A DNA stretch of 63,986 nt, the filler included, from Lama guanicoe (taxonomy: Eukaryota): NCBI GenBank assembly GCA_013239625.1. It is 211 parts of 211 records of this genome, joined end to end, with 100 filler letters (N's around TTAATTAATTAA, not from the genome) between each part and the next. Parts side by side here need not be neighbours in the genome. Positions count along the whole stretch, not along the records: positions 50,104 to 50,307 come from PNXV01032440.1; positions 50,408 to 50,611 come from PNXV01032441.1; positions 50,712 to 50,915 come from PNXV01032442.1; positions 51,016 to 51,219 come from PNXV01032443.1; positions 51,320 to 51,523 come from PNXV01032444.1; positions 51,624 to 51,827 come from PNXV01032445.1; positions 51,928 to 52,131 come from PNXV01032446.1; positions 52,232 to 52,435 come from PNXV01032447.1; 203 more parts are not named here. One strand, written 5' to 3'. How positions within the stretch are numbered: the stretch's first letter is position 1; each line of letters starts with the position of its first letter. Positions 50,004 to 61,554 of the stretch are shown piece after piece. The notes below the pieces were generated by a model. It did not search any database, was not told the DNA's origin, and worked only from the letters and a program-made list of their open reading frames with translations. The position numbers and the translations under genes were made by a program.

Positions 50004-51691
50004 NNNNNNNNNNNNNNNNNNNNNNNNNNNNNNNNNNNNNNNNNNNNTTAATTAATTAANNNNNNNNNNNNNNNNNNNNNNNNNNNNNNNNNNNNNNNNN
50101 NNNGCTTAAATTTCATTATCAACCCTTATACTTAACCAGTCCTCTGTGTACATTGTCAAATCCCTTGCCCTTTTCACGTCTCCATTCTGCATTAAGTCCA
50201 AAGCATACTCACTGCATACTTCTATACGCATGCAGCTGAATGAATCTAGAGTAACACACCCACAATGCTGGGTGATAGCTCTTTAAATTCACAATTACTG
50301 GCCTCAANNNNNNNNNNNNNNNNNNNNNNNNNNNNNNNNNNNNNNNNNNNNTTAATTAATTAANNNNNNNNNNNNNNNNNNNNNNNNNNNNNNNNNNNNN
50401 NNNNNNNAGAAAGGCAGAATATATCAGGGCTACAACTCTTGTTAAATAAAACTTTAAGAAGAACTCAAGCACACAGAATAGACAGACCCAAGCACAGTTT
50501 CTCTGGCTGGAGCAGGACAAGGGCCCCCACAGCCTTTCCCCCAGCCTCACCTCTCTTCCTGTCAGACATATGCAAATACATTCACTCAGCTTTGTGCCAG
50601 GACTTGGGGTANNNNNNNNNNNNNNNNNNNNNNNNNNNNNNNNNNNNNNNNNNNNTTAATTAATTAANNNNNNNNNNNNNNNNNNNNNNNNNNNNNNNNN
50701 NNNNNNNNNNNATCTTCTTTCTCTGGTCAGTCATCAACTATTTCCAGAAGCCACGCGGACCATTTCTCAGGCTGCACAAGATTAGGTAGCCTTTTGCTAT
50801 AACTCCTACAAAATTAGAGTATCTCTCTCTGTAGCTTCTCCGCTTCAGTTTTTTCCTTTTCTTCCTGTGTCTGCTTCAGGGAGTCATGTCTCTCTAAGCT
50901 AAGACGAAACATACANNNNNNNNNNNNNNNNNNNNNNNNNNNNNNNNNNNNNNNNNNNNTTAATTAATTAANNNNNNNNNNNNNNNNNNNNNNNNNNNNN
51001 NNNNNNNNNNNNNNNCAGGACACTTACGCACACATAACCATCACACAAAAATGATTGCTTAGACTATTTTAAGAGAAATGACATTATGAGAATGCCAAAT
51101 TCATGACAAATCGGAGTCAAGACCCCAGAGTATTTACTGGATGAGACCTCACGTGTGCTCTGCAGTGAGCTTAAACCCTAAGGACACAGTCATGGAACAG
51201 TAGGCATTTTCTTTCTTTCNNNNNNNNNNNNNNNNNNNNNNNNNNNNNNNNNNNNNNNNNNNNTTAATTAATTAANNNNNNNNNNNNNNNNNNNNNNNNN
51301 NNNNNNNNNNNNNNNNNNNCCTCCTGCCTTGAGCTCAGGGGAGGCCTTGGGGGCTCTTCTCCTGGTGGCGATACTGAGCCTTACCCTCCACCCCCAGAGG
51401 CATGATGGCCAGACTGGAGACCGACAGGTCTCTTATTGTGCAGAATGTCATTCTGTTGGGTTCTGTTTTTCTCAGGGCTATGCAAGGTGATGGGATTCTG
51501 AGAGGGGAGCTGAGGGGTGGGAGNNNNNNNNNNNNNNNNNNNNNNNNNNNNNNNNNNNNNNNNNNNNTTAATTAATTAANNNNNNNNNNNNNNNNNNNNN
51601 NNNNNNNNNNNNNNNNNNNNNNNGGAATGAGTTCATTTCATCATTATTTCCAATCTTGACTTTGAGAATATATGTGTACGGGGTGGGGCAG

Positions 51692-51784
51692 GGGGAAGGT
51701 GGAGCTCAGTGGTAGAGCTCACGCTTAGCGTGCACGCGGTCCTGAGTCCCAACCCCAGTATCTCCGTTAAAAAAATTAAAAAAA
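51692..51784 (+). mobile_element. tRNA-derived SINE, Vic-1-like (camelid)
   Basis: ggggaaggtggagctcagtggtagagc (A box)...gcttagcgtgcacgcggtcctgagtcccaacccc (decayed B box) + A-rich tail; tRNA-Ala-like head. Confidence 0.75.
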
Positions 51785-52231
51785 GGAATATAGCTGTGCA
51801 GTTAGTAGTAGAAATGAAATGTCTGCANNNNNNNNNNNNNNNNNNNNNNNNNNNNNNNNNNNNNNNNNNNNTTAATTAATTAANNNNNNNNNNNNNNNNN
51901 NNNNNNNNNNNNNNNNNNNNNNNNNNNGGCCTGCGGGCCCAGGGCCAGGGCCTCCGTGGGCCCGGCTGGAGGAGGTCTACACGTGGCCAAACAGGGCAGG
52001 GCTGACAGGGTCCCTTGAAGGGGCAGCTCCCCCTGACCCGTCCACCCCCTTCCTGCCCCTCTGTCCCACGAGCCCGTCCGTTCTCCCAGCTGGACCATGC
52101 CCTCCCCTCCAAGTCCCTTCCTCCCACCCGGNNNNNNNNNNNNNNNNNNNNNNNNNNNNNNNNNNNNNNNNNNNNTTAATTAATTAANNNNNNNNNNNNN
52201 NNNNNNNNNNNNNNNNNNNNNNNNNNNNNNN

Positions 52232-52435
52232 GGACCACGGCGAGCTGTCCTCCACGGCGGCGGCGGCGGCGGCCGCGGCGGCGGCGGCGGCGTGGGGCAG
52301 GGCCGTGACCCACTGGTGCGCGTGGCTCAGCATATGGCCGCCGTTGCTGGCGGCCATGGCCCCCTGCATGAAGTCGCTCTGCACCATCTTGACGGAGGCC
52401 GGGTCCCCCCGGTAGGCGCCCGAGGTCACGGCCGC
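52232..52435 (-). CDS. POU3F3: POU class 3 homeobox 3 (Brn-1), N-terminal region (partial)
   Basis: [49 protein letters not shown]12-VEDSSPWS, open across the whole contig. Confidence 0.96.
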
Positions 52436-54663
52436 NNNNNNNNNNNNNNNNNNNNNNNNNNNNNNNNNNNNNNNNNNNNTTAATTAATTAANNNNNNNNN
52501 NNNNNNNNNNNNNNNNNNNNNNNNNNNNNNNNNNNTCTCCTCAAACCACACAGCCGGTTAAATAATGGAGCTAGGATACGAGCCGAGGCAGCTTGCCTCT
52601 GGAGGGTGTGATTAAAACCACTGCCTCGCCTCGCCTCTCTTCCTTGGTGTCTCGGGGTCCCAACAGCTATGACGGAAGGAGGGAAACACACTTCCTGAAC
52701 ATCTCTTCTTGCCAGGCACTGAACTCCTTAAAAGCATCCNNNNNNNNNNNNNNNNNNNNNNNNNNNNNNNNNNNNNNNNNNNNTTAATTAATTAANNNNN
52801 NNNNNNNNNNNNNNNNNNNNNNNNNNNNNNNNNNNNNNNGGCTCACTGGGTGGAGGGATCACACCCATAACCAAACAGGAGCAACCACTTCAACTCCCCT
52901 AGAGATCTTGGGGCTCCCAGTCATCCCACCTTCATGCCACACCTGGCTGTCACAGAGCAGGAAGCGGACTCCACCCACACCCAGGAGCACTGCATTCTCC
53001 ATGCAGCCAGAGGGCTCCAGCGGGACCCATGGACTGGATCGTGNNNNNNNNNNNNNNNNNNNNNNNNNNNNNNNNNNNNNNNNNNNNTTAATTAATTAAN
53101 NNNNNNNNNNNNNNNNNNNNNNNNNNNNNNNNNNNNNNNNNNNTTTCTTTACATGTGTATATACATACGTGCCCACATACACATATATGTGCAGGCTTTT
53201 GTTGTCAGATTTTGTTTTAATTTCATTTTTCTTCTGACTTTTAAACAAATTTTATTGTTAATATATATTTAATTTATCTATGGTCCTGATTTTTTCACCT
53301 GTGATCTTTTGGGTTCTGAAAAGGGCACATTAGAGTTTATCAGTAAANNNNNNNNNNNNNNNNNNNNNNNNNNNNNNNNNNNNNNNNNNNNTTAATTAAT
53401 TAANNNNNNNNNNNNNNNNNNNNNNNNNNNNNNNNNNNNNNNNNNNNTTGTCCTTGCTACCTCATCTCTCATTTCATGCTGAAGAGCTCTAATTTCTTCC
53501 TTGATTAAACTTTTGCTGTGATAATAGTGAAAAACTATTTTAATTACGATAATTTTTTTTATCCATAAGGATTTGATATCTTTCTTATTTTGATTTTTAT
53601 TGTCTTTTTAATTCTCTCCATCATGTTATTTCCGTATCTTAAAAGTTACTTNNNNNNNNNNNNNNNNNNNNNNNNNNNNNNNNNNNNNNNNNNNNTTAAT
53701 TAATTAANNNNNNNNNNNNNNNNNNNNNNNNNNNNNNNNNNNNNNNNNNNNGGCAAGGCCTTCACCCTCAGGGAATAGCAGGCCCTCAAAGAGCCGAAGA
53801 AGCCCTTGGCCCTCACAGTCTGACTCGAGCAGGCGCTGAAGGCTGGGACTCCTGGCCACACGCCTCCAAGCCTCAGGAGGAATCCAGACCTTCCTGACAG
53901 CCTCCAGGACCTGCGATGGAGATGCTGGCAGGAAGGGGCCGCCTGCCTCAGGGGCNNNNNNNNNNNNNNNNNNNNNNNNNNNNNNNNNNNNNNNNNNNNT
54001 TAATTAATTAANNNNNNNNNNNNNNNNNNNNNNNNNNNNNNNNNNNNNNNNNNNNATCACAAATCTTGATACAAAAAACTGGTAACATTAATTACGCGTG
54101 CGCGTGTGTGTGCTTTATTTTGCGTTTTTTAGCGAAAGGGCTGGACTTTGGATTTCTAATTCACAAACTCAGAGAGACAACACTGAGATAACCCACGCGC
54201 TCAGGAGCCTGAGTACTTGAGGTCAAATCTCGGGTCATTCCACTCCTCTGTGTTTTGCTNNNNNNNNNNNNNNNNNNNNNNNNNNNNNNNNNNNNNNNNN
54301 NNNTTAATTAATTAANNNNNNNNNNNNNNNNNNNNNNNNNNNNNNNNNNNNNNNNNNNNAATAACTATACGTGGAGTCCTTTAGAAATTGTGAATCACTG
54401 TTACATACCTAAAATTTACATAATATGGTAAATCAACTATATCTCAGTTAAAAATGCTTTATGCACTCAATAAAGCTATTGAATGATGTAAAAAAAATCA
54501 GTATAAAGAAATGCATAAGTAACACCAAAAAGAAATTGATGGTGGCGGTCTAAAATTATTTTCNNNNNNNNNNNNNNNNNNNNNNNNNNNNNNNNNNNNN
54601 NNNNNNNTTAATTAATTAANNNNNNNNNNNNNNNNNNNNNNNNNNNNNNNNNNNNNNNNNNNN

Positions 54664-54867
54664 TTTTATATATAGTGGTTAACATTTGCAAATCTCAAAC
54701 TCCCAAATTATCTTTTCTGCCCCCTTTCCCCCGGTAAACATAAGATTGTTTACCTGTGTGCAAGTCTATTTCTGTTTTATAGATGAGTTCAATAGTGTCT
54801 TTTTCCTTTCTTTCTTTCTTTTTTTTTTGGATTACACATATGAGTGATATCATATGATACTTTTCTT
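54664..54867 (-). mobile_element. L1 3' region (same family as 4849)
   Basis: taacatttgcaaatctcaaactcccaaatt is shared with 5004-5033; attacacatatgagtgatatcatatg. Confidence 0.85.
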
Positions 54868-55575
54868 NNNNNNNNNNNNNNNNNNNNNNNNNNNNNNNNN
54901 NNNNNNNNNNNTTAATTAATTAANNNNNNNNNNNNNNNNNNNNNNNNNNNNNNNNNNNNNNNNNNNNGTCAGAGAGGGAGAAGAGGGCCTGCCCTGCGAA
55001 ATGTGCACTCTCATCTTCTCAGCTTATCCAGACGGTGACTATGTTTTACATTGGGAAGAAATCATATCTTAGGGGAAGTAAAAATGAAAAGAGAAGTAGT
55101 GTGGTGGGGCATAGTTTCAGTTCTATCAAGGGCAGCATTACCAAAGTTTGTTTTTCAGAACTTAAAAAAAANNNNNNNNNNNNNNNNNNNNNNNNNNNNN
55201 NNNNNNNNNNNNNNNTTAATTAATTAANNNNNNNNNNNNNNNNNNNNNNNNNNNNNNNNNNNNNNNNNNNNAGGAAGGGGTCCACTCCATCCTTGCCCAC
55301 TGCATCCTCTGAGAACAGACACCACTAGTGGAGGCAGATCTTACGGATCTGTTGCTCTATACCCTGCTAGATGGAGTTTTTCTTGGCAGTAGCCAACTGC
55401 TGTGTGAGAAGATGCCCGCCTCCTTCCTGTCCATCTTTCAGTTTCTACTCATCCCTTCTGAATCCTTTTTCCAAANNNNNNNNNNNNNNNNNNNNNNNNN
55501 NNNNNNNNNNNNNNNNNNNTTAATTAATTAANNNNNNNNNNNNNNNNNNNNNNNNNNNNNNNNNNNNNNNNNNNN

Positions 55576-55779
55576 AGTGTTATTAACTATAGTCACCATG
55601 CTGTGTATTACATTTGGTAACTTAATCATTTTCTACGTGGGAGTTTGCACCTTTGGACCCCTTTCACCTGTTTCTCCCGCCCTCCACACCCCCTCTGGCG
55701 ACCACCCATCTGCTGTGCGTATCTGTGCTTGTTTCTTGTTGTTGTTTTTTCATATAAGTGAGAGCACATAGTGCTGTGC
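55576..55779 (-). mobile_element. L1MA-type 3' UTR
   Basis: gtgttattaactatagtcaccatgctgtgtatta...catataagtgaga. Confidence 0.88.
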
Positions 55780-56322
55780 NNNNNNNNNNNNNNNNNNNNN
55801 NNNNNNNNNNNNNNNNNNNNNNNTTAATTAATTAANNNNNNNNNNNNNNNNNNNNNNNNNNNNNNNNNNNNNNNNNNNNTGCAGGCGAGAACACCTGATC
55901 CTGCCTCACCACCTCAAGGCGCCCGGGCCGCTGCCTTCATCAGTGCCAGAGCCAGACCACAGCCCTGTGAGCATGTCCACACGGTGCTCAGCCAGGGTCC
56001 TGGGGAGAGCCTGTGCTTCCCTGGGCCTGTTGGAGGCTGAGACGTGACCGAGGGTGGGTGAGGGGCTGCTGTTGAGGAAAGAGNNNNNNNNNNNNNNNNN
56101 NNNNNNNNNNNNNNNNNNNNNNNNNNNTTAATTAATTAANNNNNNNNNNNNNNNNNNNNNNNNNNNNNNNNNNNNNNNNNNNNAGCTCCAGTAAGGGTAC
56201 GAGCTGGCTTCCAATGTGGTCCTTCCTCCTTCCTCTCCAGGCAGGCCCTGCTTTCCCACTAGTTGTCCCTATACCTTCTGTCCTGTGCTACATAAGCTGA
56301 AGGAATTCCTCATCGTTTCCAC

Positions 56323-56336
56323 CAGGTAGATGGCGC
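56323..56336 (+). promoter_or_regulatory. Candidate CTCF core motif
   Basis: CAGGTAGATGGCGC is a 13/14 match to CCRSYAGRKGGCRS. Confidence 0.35.
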
Positions 56337-57399
56337 TGTTCTATGTTTGGACCCCTTCAGTGCTTGCAGTGGAAATTTAGGAGGTGGNNNNNNNNNNNNN
56401 NNNNNNNNNNNNNNNNNNNNNNNNNNNNNNNTTAATTAATTAANNNNNNNNNNNNNNNNNNNNNNNNNNNNNNNNNNNNNNNNNNNNTGGCTATCAAAAG
56501 ATAAAGACCTGAAAGGTTAATGATACGTGAATGGTCATTTCCCAAGGTGACATGCCAAAGTGTCCTTCTACATCTAATTTACTCTCCGCTCTGAAGGACA
56601 AAAGGGAATATGTGTACAGGACTTGACCTCCTAATGATACCGCTTATGTTTAGTTTGGGCAATCTCTTAAATCTCTCTATGAAATTTCATTNNNNNNNNN
56701 NNNNNNNNNNNNNNNNNNNNNNNNNNNNNNNNNNNTTAATTAATTAANNNNNNNNNNNNNNNNNNNNNNNNNNNNNNNNNNNNNNNNNNNNCAATATCAG
56801 ACTGCGACTTCAGGGGCTATGTCACATTTTGAGGTGATCGTTTTCGCCTGGTTTATAAAAATAGATTAAAAGTTTTTTTAATGCATACACAATCGTAGTT
56901 TCGATCTTGTTCCACAGTTTACGGAGCATTGATGTTTCTAGTTTTTTTTCAATGTTTGGTCAGTTTTCGTAACGAATATACCTCAGATCATGCTANNNNN
57001 NNNNNNNNNNNNNNNNNNNNNNNNNNNNNNNNNNNNNNNTTAATTAATTAANNNNNNNNNNNNNNNNNNNNNNNNNNNNNNNNNNNNNNNNNNNNTTTCT
57101 TTTTAAGCACCATTCAACAGTTGCTCCTATGGGTTAGACCTAAGATACCAAACTTCTCTGCTACATATTCTGATTCTGCAGGATCTGTATGTGTGACAAG
57201 TACCTGAGGTGATTCTTACCGGCAAGGAAGGTTTGAAACCACAGGACGACTTAAAACTAGGCCCACGCTGAGACGACCTAGAAGTAACAACGGTGCTGCN
57301 NNNNNNNNNNNNNNNNNNNNNNNNNNNNNNNNNNNNNNNNNNNTTAATTAATTAANNNNNNNNNNNNNNNNNNNNNNNNNNNNNNNNNNNNNNNNNNNN

Positions 57400-57603
57400 A
57401 TGAGACTGCAGCAATTCAGTCCCATCTTCAGACTCTACTTCTAATTCTGGTTCTCTTGCTATTTCATCCACAGCTGCAGTGACTTCCTCTGCTGAAGTCT
57501 TAGATTCCTCAAGGTCATCCAGGAGGGCTAGGATCGACTTCTTCTAAACTCTTCTTAACATTGATAATTTGACCTCTTCCATGAATCATAGATGTTCTTA
57601 ATG
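57400..57603 (-). mobile_element. Tigger1 transposase fragment; near-duplicate of 57704-57907
   Basis: gcagcaattcagtc...acttctaattct.gttctcttgctattt...tgcagtgacttcctc is antisense Tigger1; 5 substitutions versus its partner. Confidence 0.9.
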
Positions 57604-57703
57604 NNNNNNNNNNNNNNNNNNNNNNNNNNNNNNNNNNNNNNNNNNNNTTAATTAATTAANNNNNNNNNNNNNNNNNNNNNNNNNNNNNNNNNNNNNNNNN
57701 NNN

Positions 57704-57907
57704 ATGAGACTGCAGCAATTCAGTCCCATCTTCAGACTCTACTTCTAATTCTAGTTCTCTTGCTATTTCATCCACATCTGCAGTGACTTCCTCCGCTGAA
57801 GTCTTAGATCCCTCAAGGTCATCCAGGAGGGCTAGGATCGACTTCTTCTAAACTCTTGTTAACATTGATAATTTGACCTCTTCCATGAATCATAGATGTT
57901 CTTAATG
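57704..57907 (-). mobile_element. Tigger1 transposase fragment; near-duplicate of 57400-57603
   Basis: Same Tigger1 strings as its partner; terminal 49 bases identical at both ends. Confidence 0.9.
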
Positions 57908-58311
57908 NNNNNNNNNNNNNNNNNNNNNNNNNNNNNNNNNNNNNNNNNNNNTTAATTAATTAANNNNNNNNNNNNNNNNNNNNNNNNNNNNNNNNNNNNN
58001 NNNNNNNTCCGAAGAGGCTTCTAGGCCAGCAGCGACTAGCTGTAAGTGACAACTTTTAGTAAATGTGAGTGCCACCCCCTCCCTGGCCCCGACACCTCTG
58101 TCTGCATTGGGGCGTGGGGCCCCGTGAGCGAGCTGAGCCCAGTCACGGACGAAGTCACGCCTGCACCGACTCCCTCTGTGGCTGTGTCCTTGACCCTGGC
58201 CCTCCATTGGANNNNNNNNNNNNNNNNNNNNNNNNNNNNNNNNNNNNNNNNNNNNTTAATTAATTAANNNNNNNNNNNNNNNNNNNNNNNNNNNNNNNNN
58301 NNNNNNNNNNN

Positions 58312-58515
58312 CTGTGTAAACAGAGGAAGAGAAAGAGAGAGCTCTGGTGTTTCTTCCTCTCCTTGCAAGGACACCAGTCCTATCAGATTAGGGCCCCACC
58401 CTTGGGACCTCATTTAACCTTAATTACCTCCCTAAAGATCTTCTTTCCAAAAACAGTCCCATTGCAGGCTAGAGTTTCAACATATGAATTTGGCAGCAGA
58501 GGAAGGACACAATTC
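58312..58515 (-). mobile_element. MaLR LTR (MLT1A-type)
   Basis: aaggacaccagtcctatcagattagggccccaccct...gacctcatttaaccttaattacctcc...ttcaacatatgaattt. Confidence 0.92.
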
Positions 58516-59831
58516 NNNNNNNNNNNNNNNNNNNNNNNNNNNNNNNNNNNNNNNNNNNNTTAATTAATTAANNNNNNNNNNNNNNNNNNNNNNNNNNNNN
58601 NNNNNNNNNNNNNNNTCCTCTCCTCTGCCTTGCTCTCCCTCCCTCCAGGTCCTCTCAGGCCTGGGTCAGATGATGCGGGAGTGCTGATACCCCAACCCCT
58701 CCGCCCGCCTCACCGCGCTGCAGATCAAGAAACCCTACAGAAACTCAGCAACGGTCTCCAGAAGCCCAAGGTGATTCACTAGCCACGGGCCTGATGCTGC
58801 CTCCCCTCCTGCAGTGTGTNNNNNNNNNNNNNNNNNNNNNNNNNNNNNNNNNNNNNNNNNNNNTTAATTAATTAANNNNNNNNNNNNNNNNNNNNNNNNN
58901 NNNNNNNNNNNNNNNNNNNTTTAGTATCCTCGTGTTTTGGTTTGGAACTTTTTACTGCGTTCATAAATAAGACTGGCCTTTACTGCCTTTTCCCTTGCTT
59001 ACATTGCCATTGTCTGGTTTTGCTGTCATGGATGTATTCATTTTATAAAATGAATTTTGGATTTGTGTTCATCCAGGGACATCATGTGAGAAGCAAATGT
59101 CAATTAATTGATAGGGGGGAAAGNNNNNNNNNNNNNNNNNNNNNNNNNNNNNNNNNNNNNNNNNNNNTTAATTAATTAANNNNNNNNNNNNNNNNNNNNN
59201 NNNNNNNNNNNNNNNNNNNNNNNTCCAATCCCAAGGAGCCGTAACATATAAATGTCCAATCGTATCAAGAATGCCTTTAGTAAATGAACTCTGAGTCCCA
59301 TTTGCCATAACGCTAGTTCTTAGTTCTTTGAATACTGAGAAAGGGACAGCTTAATAGTCAACACCTTGCCCACGCCCAGCAAACACCGGGTAAGCATGCA
59401 GCTCTCCCAAATGTAAGCCTTCTTTAANNNNNNNNNNNNNNNNNNNNNNNNNNNNNNNNNNNNNNNNNNNNTTAATTAATTAANNNNNNNNNNNNNNNNN
59501 NNNNNNNNNNNNNNNNNNNNNNNNNNNTTGCTCTTTTCCTTTCTAATCTTCTGTAGAAAACTTTCCCCACTGGCCAGCTTTATCCAATTCCAATCTTTTG
59601 ATGCTCTCTGCTAGCTTTAAGACTCACGCTTTTCTTCTCCTTCTAGTATAACTATATGTCTAATTGCATACAGTCTGATATTTTTCTAACTTCTGTAATG
59701 ACTGAAGTTAGAAGATAGCTTATGTAGAGTANNNNNNNNNNNNNNNNNNNNNNNNNNNNNNNNNNNNNNNNNNNNTTAATTAATTAANNNNNNNNNNNNN
59801 NNNNNNNNNNNNNNNNNNNNNNNNNNNNNNN

Positions 59832-60035
59832 GATTATATCACTTATATCTTTATTTTCCTCATTTAAGTGAGAATGTAGAGTGTTTTTATCTGTATGACT
59901 TATTTTGCTATGTGCAACACTCTCTGGTTCCAGTCACATTGTTCCAGAAGGTAGAATTTTATTTTTTGATATGACAATGACTAAGAATTTATTTTGTTAT
60001 CTATATATCACATCTACTTCAGCCAATCATCTGTT
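59832..60035 (-). mobile_element. L1 ORF2 end fragment
   Basis: catttaagtgagaatgtagagtgtttttatctgtatgacttatttt...tctctggttcca. Confidence 0.75.
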
Positions 60036-61046
60036 NNNNNNNNNNNNNNNNNNNNNNNNNNNNNNNNNNNNNNNNNNNNTTAATTAATTAANNNNNNNNN
60101 NNNNNNNNNNNNNNNNNNNNNNNNNNNNNNNNNNNTGTTCTATATTTGAATAGTAGTTGTAATTGTCAAAGATATTTTATTTCCATAATGCAATTTGAGT
60201 CTCAGAACAACTCCATTTACTAGACAGAGAGGGTATTGTTTAAAGTAGAAGGCATATGATTAATAGAATTGATTTAAAAGGAGATTGCATATAGTAGCTC
60301 ACAGAGAAAAAAATGTGACAATGAATATATGTATGTTCNNNNNNNNNNNNNNNNNNNNNNNNNNNNNNNNNNNNNNNNNNNNTTAATTAATTAANNNNNN
60401 NNNNNNNNNNNNNNNNNNNNNNNNNNNNNNNNNNNNNNGAATTACAATGATCCTGGGAAGAAATATATGTTGTTATGGACAGTCATTTTTTCGTTTCTAG
60501 TAAGTACATCTCACAATAAATCACATCTCAAAATATTACCTGGCCATTTTTTTTAACATTTTTATTTTTCAGAAGCTGTTTACTTATTGCCATTTTGTAC
60601 TAGATACAACTTTAGTGTTCATAAATCCTAATATATAAAATANNNNNNNNNNNNNNNNNNNNNNNNNNNNNNNNNNNNNNNNNNNNTTAATTAATTAANN
60701 NNNNNNNNNNNNNNNNNNNNNNNNNNNNNNNNNNNNNNNNNNTCCAGTCCAGGTATCATCCTGGCTTGCTTGGACTGAAGCAGTCACCTCTCCACTGGGT
60801 GTTCCTCATTCTGCTGGCCTGTGCATCTGCTCTCCTCAGAGAAGCCAGAGGAATCTGAAAAATGTGTGTTAATCATGTCCGTCCTGTTTAAAACCCCCCA
60901 GGGACTTCCCTTTCCACTTAGAACAAAACACAGATATTTTTGCATTNNNNNNNNNNNNNNNNNNNNNNNNNNNNNNNNNNNNNNNNNNNNTTAATTAATT
61001 AANNNNNNNNNNNNNNNNNNNNNNNNNNNNNNNNNNNNNNNNNNNN

Positions 61047-61250
61047 CAGAGCAAGAAAATAATCTCTAAGCAATGATGGGTCACACAAAGGGGCTATGAG
61101 CAGAGGTTCAGAGCAAAAAAATAATCTCTAAGCAACGATGGGTTACACGAAGGGGCTGTGAGCAGAGGTTCAGAGCAAGAAAATAATCTGTAAGCAATGA
61201 CGGGTACACGAAGGAGCTGTGAGCAGAGGTTCAGAGCAAGAAAATAATCT
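61047..61250. repeat. Minisatellite, 61-62-bp unit, about 3.3 copies
   Basis: Units start at 61047, 61109, 61171 and 61232 (cagagcaagaaaataatct...gagcagaggtt). Confidence 0.95.
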
Positions 61251-61350
61251 NNNNNNNNNNNNNNNNNNNNNNNNNNNNNNNNNNNNNNNNNNNNTTAATT
61301 AATTAANNNNNNNNNNNNNNNNNNNNNNNNNNNNNNNNNNNNNNNNNNNN

Positions 61351-61554
61351 TTCTGCTCAATTCTGCTGTGAACCTGAAGCTGCTCTAAAAAAATTAAGTT
61401 TATTAATTTAAAAAAAGAGATTAAAAAAACAAATTTCTTCTGGATAGCACATGGAACTATATTCAATATCGTGTAATATGAATATGAAAATGAATATATG
61501 TACGCATATGCATGACTGGGACATTAAGCTGTACACCAGAGACTGACACACTGT
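61351..61554 (+). mobile_element. Old L1 3' end followed by a younger L1 3' UTR
   Basis: ttctgctcaattctgctgtgaacct...A-tail, then tagcacatggaactatattcaatatc...gcatgactgggaca...ctgtacaccaga. Confidence 0.75.

Noticed and set aside
50570..50577. Octamer ATGCAAAT as an immunoglobulin promoter
   Set aside because: An isolated 8-mer is expected by chance, and no leader exon follows within the contig.
51692..51765. tRNA-Ala gene
   Set aside because: The B box and stems are degraded and an A-rich tail follows, so a SINE is the better explanation.
45544..52435. Apparent cluster of OCA2, GBP and POU3F3
   Set aside because: They lie on separate contigs placed by length order; the proximity is an artefact.
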